Shown piece after piece: positions 63,793-64,000 of a DNA stretch of 64,000 nucleotides. Every line of letters begins with the position of its first letter. Positions within the stretch are counted from its first letter, which is position 1. Position numbers and translations under genes: made by a program. The stretch is from an uncultured Thermoplasmata archaeon (GTDB lineage Archaea > Thermoplasmatota > Thermoplasmata > JAGHBH01), in the NCBI GenBank assembly GCA_964601625.1, contig CAZROC010000001.1, positions 46,348 through 110,347 of the forward strand. The letters are read 5' to 3'. Below the pieces are notes generated by a model that was given only the letters and a program-made list of their open reading frames with translations, was not told the origin of the DNA and did not search any database.

Positions 63793-64000
63793 TCTATCAC
63801 CTCCTCGGGGTGGACGTTCACCCACTCAACGGGCTCAGCAGATGGGTCTGAGATTTTTTTCTCCGTGCTTTCAACTATGTGTCTTATGTCTTCCAAAACT
63901 ATGTCTCTGCCGCCGAGGCCGACTATATAATCGTATATCTTGGGCCTCCGCTCCCTGTTTATGAAAGCAGCCGATATTTCTCCAAACACGGCGCCGCCAA
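63789..64000 (-). CDS. porA: 2-oxoacid:ferredoxin oxidoreductase alpha subunit, C-terminal end (the gene continues beyond the window)
   Basis: The ...YDYIVGLGGRDIVLEDIRHIVE... C-terminus is typical of PorA; the ORF has no stop between here and the window edge. Confidence 0.7.
   Translation of the reverse strand, partial: GGAVFGEISAAFINRERRPKIYDYIVGLGGRDIVLEDIRHIVESTEKKISDPSAEPVEWVNVHPEEVIE

Overview
Archaeal chromosomal window; the archaeal hallmarks are L44e, S27e, aIF2-alpha, Nop10, aRF1, archaeal-type DnaG, XPD, a PAC2-family chaperone and Alg13/Alg14 homologs. Positions ~1-30.8 kb form a dense glycan/polysaccharide biosynthesis island of very uneven base composition (about 25-35% GC patches next to ~58% GC genes). 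It holds a polyprenyl-P GlcNAc-1-P transferase plus a translationally coupled Alg14/Alg13 pair, nine GT4 glycosyltransferases, a Wzx-type flippase, three hexapeptide acyltransferases, and an amino-sugar module (4,6-dehydratase, DegT aminotransferase, N-acetyltransferase). It also holds GalU-like, Ugd/WecC-like and WecB nucleotide-sugar genes, two CapK/F390-synthetase-like adenylating enzymes, polysaccharide-deacetylase-like paralogs (one a truncated, frameshifted remnant), a D-glucuronyl C5-epimerase homolog, a SAM methyltransferase, and a B12-binding radical SAM gene broken by a perfect 14-bp tandem duplication. Positions 30.9-64 kb are mainly housekeeping: an L44e-S27e-aIF2a-Nop10-PAC2 operon, RrmJ, XPD, tRNA-Ser(GCU), DnaG, a LonB-like AAA+ ATPase with no protease domain, aRF1, ArgRS, TruA and PorA/PorB. 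Among these sit large predicted cell-surface proteins: a ~980-aa membrane-anchored C25/gingipain-like protein, a ~1360-aa Kelch-repeat protein with ~30 N-glycosylation sequons, and a membrane-anchored M14 carboxypeptidase with duplicated Asp-rich inserts. There are also transporters: a CaCA antiporter and a LeuT-like NSS symporter. The strongest candidate for a previously undescribed system is the glycan island itself, because it combines a uronyl C5-epimerase homolog, paired F390-synthetase-like adenylating enzymes and deacetylase-like paralogs with uronic-acid nucleotide-sugar supply. That is inference, not established. No CRISPR array, rRNA, integrase or transposase was recognised.
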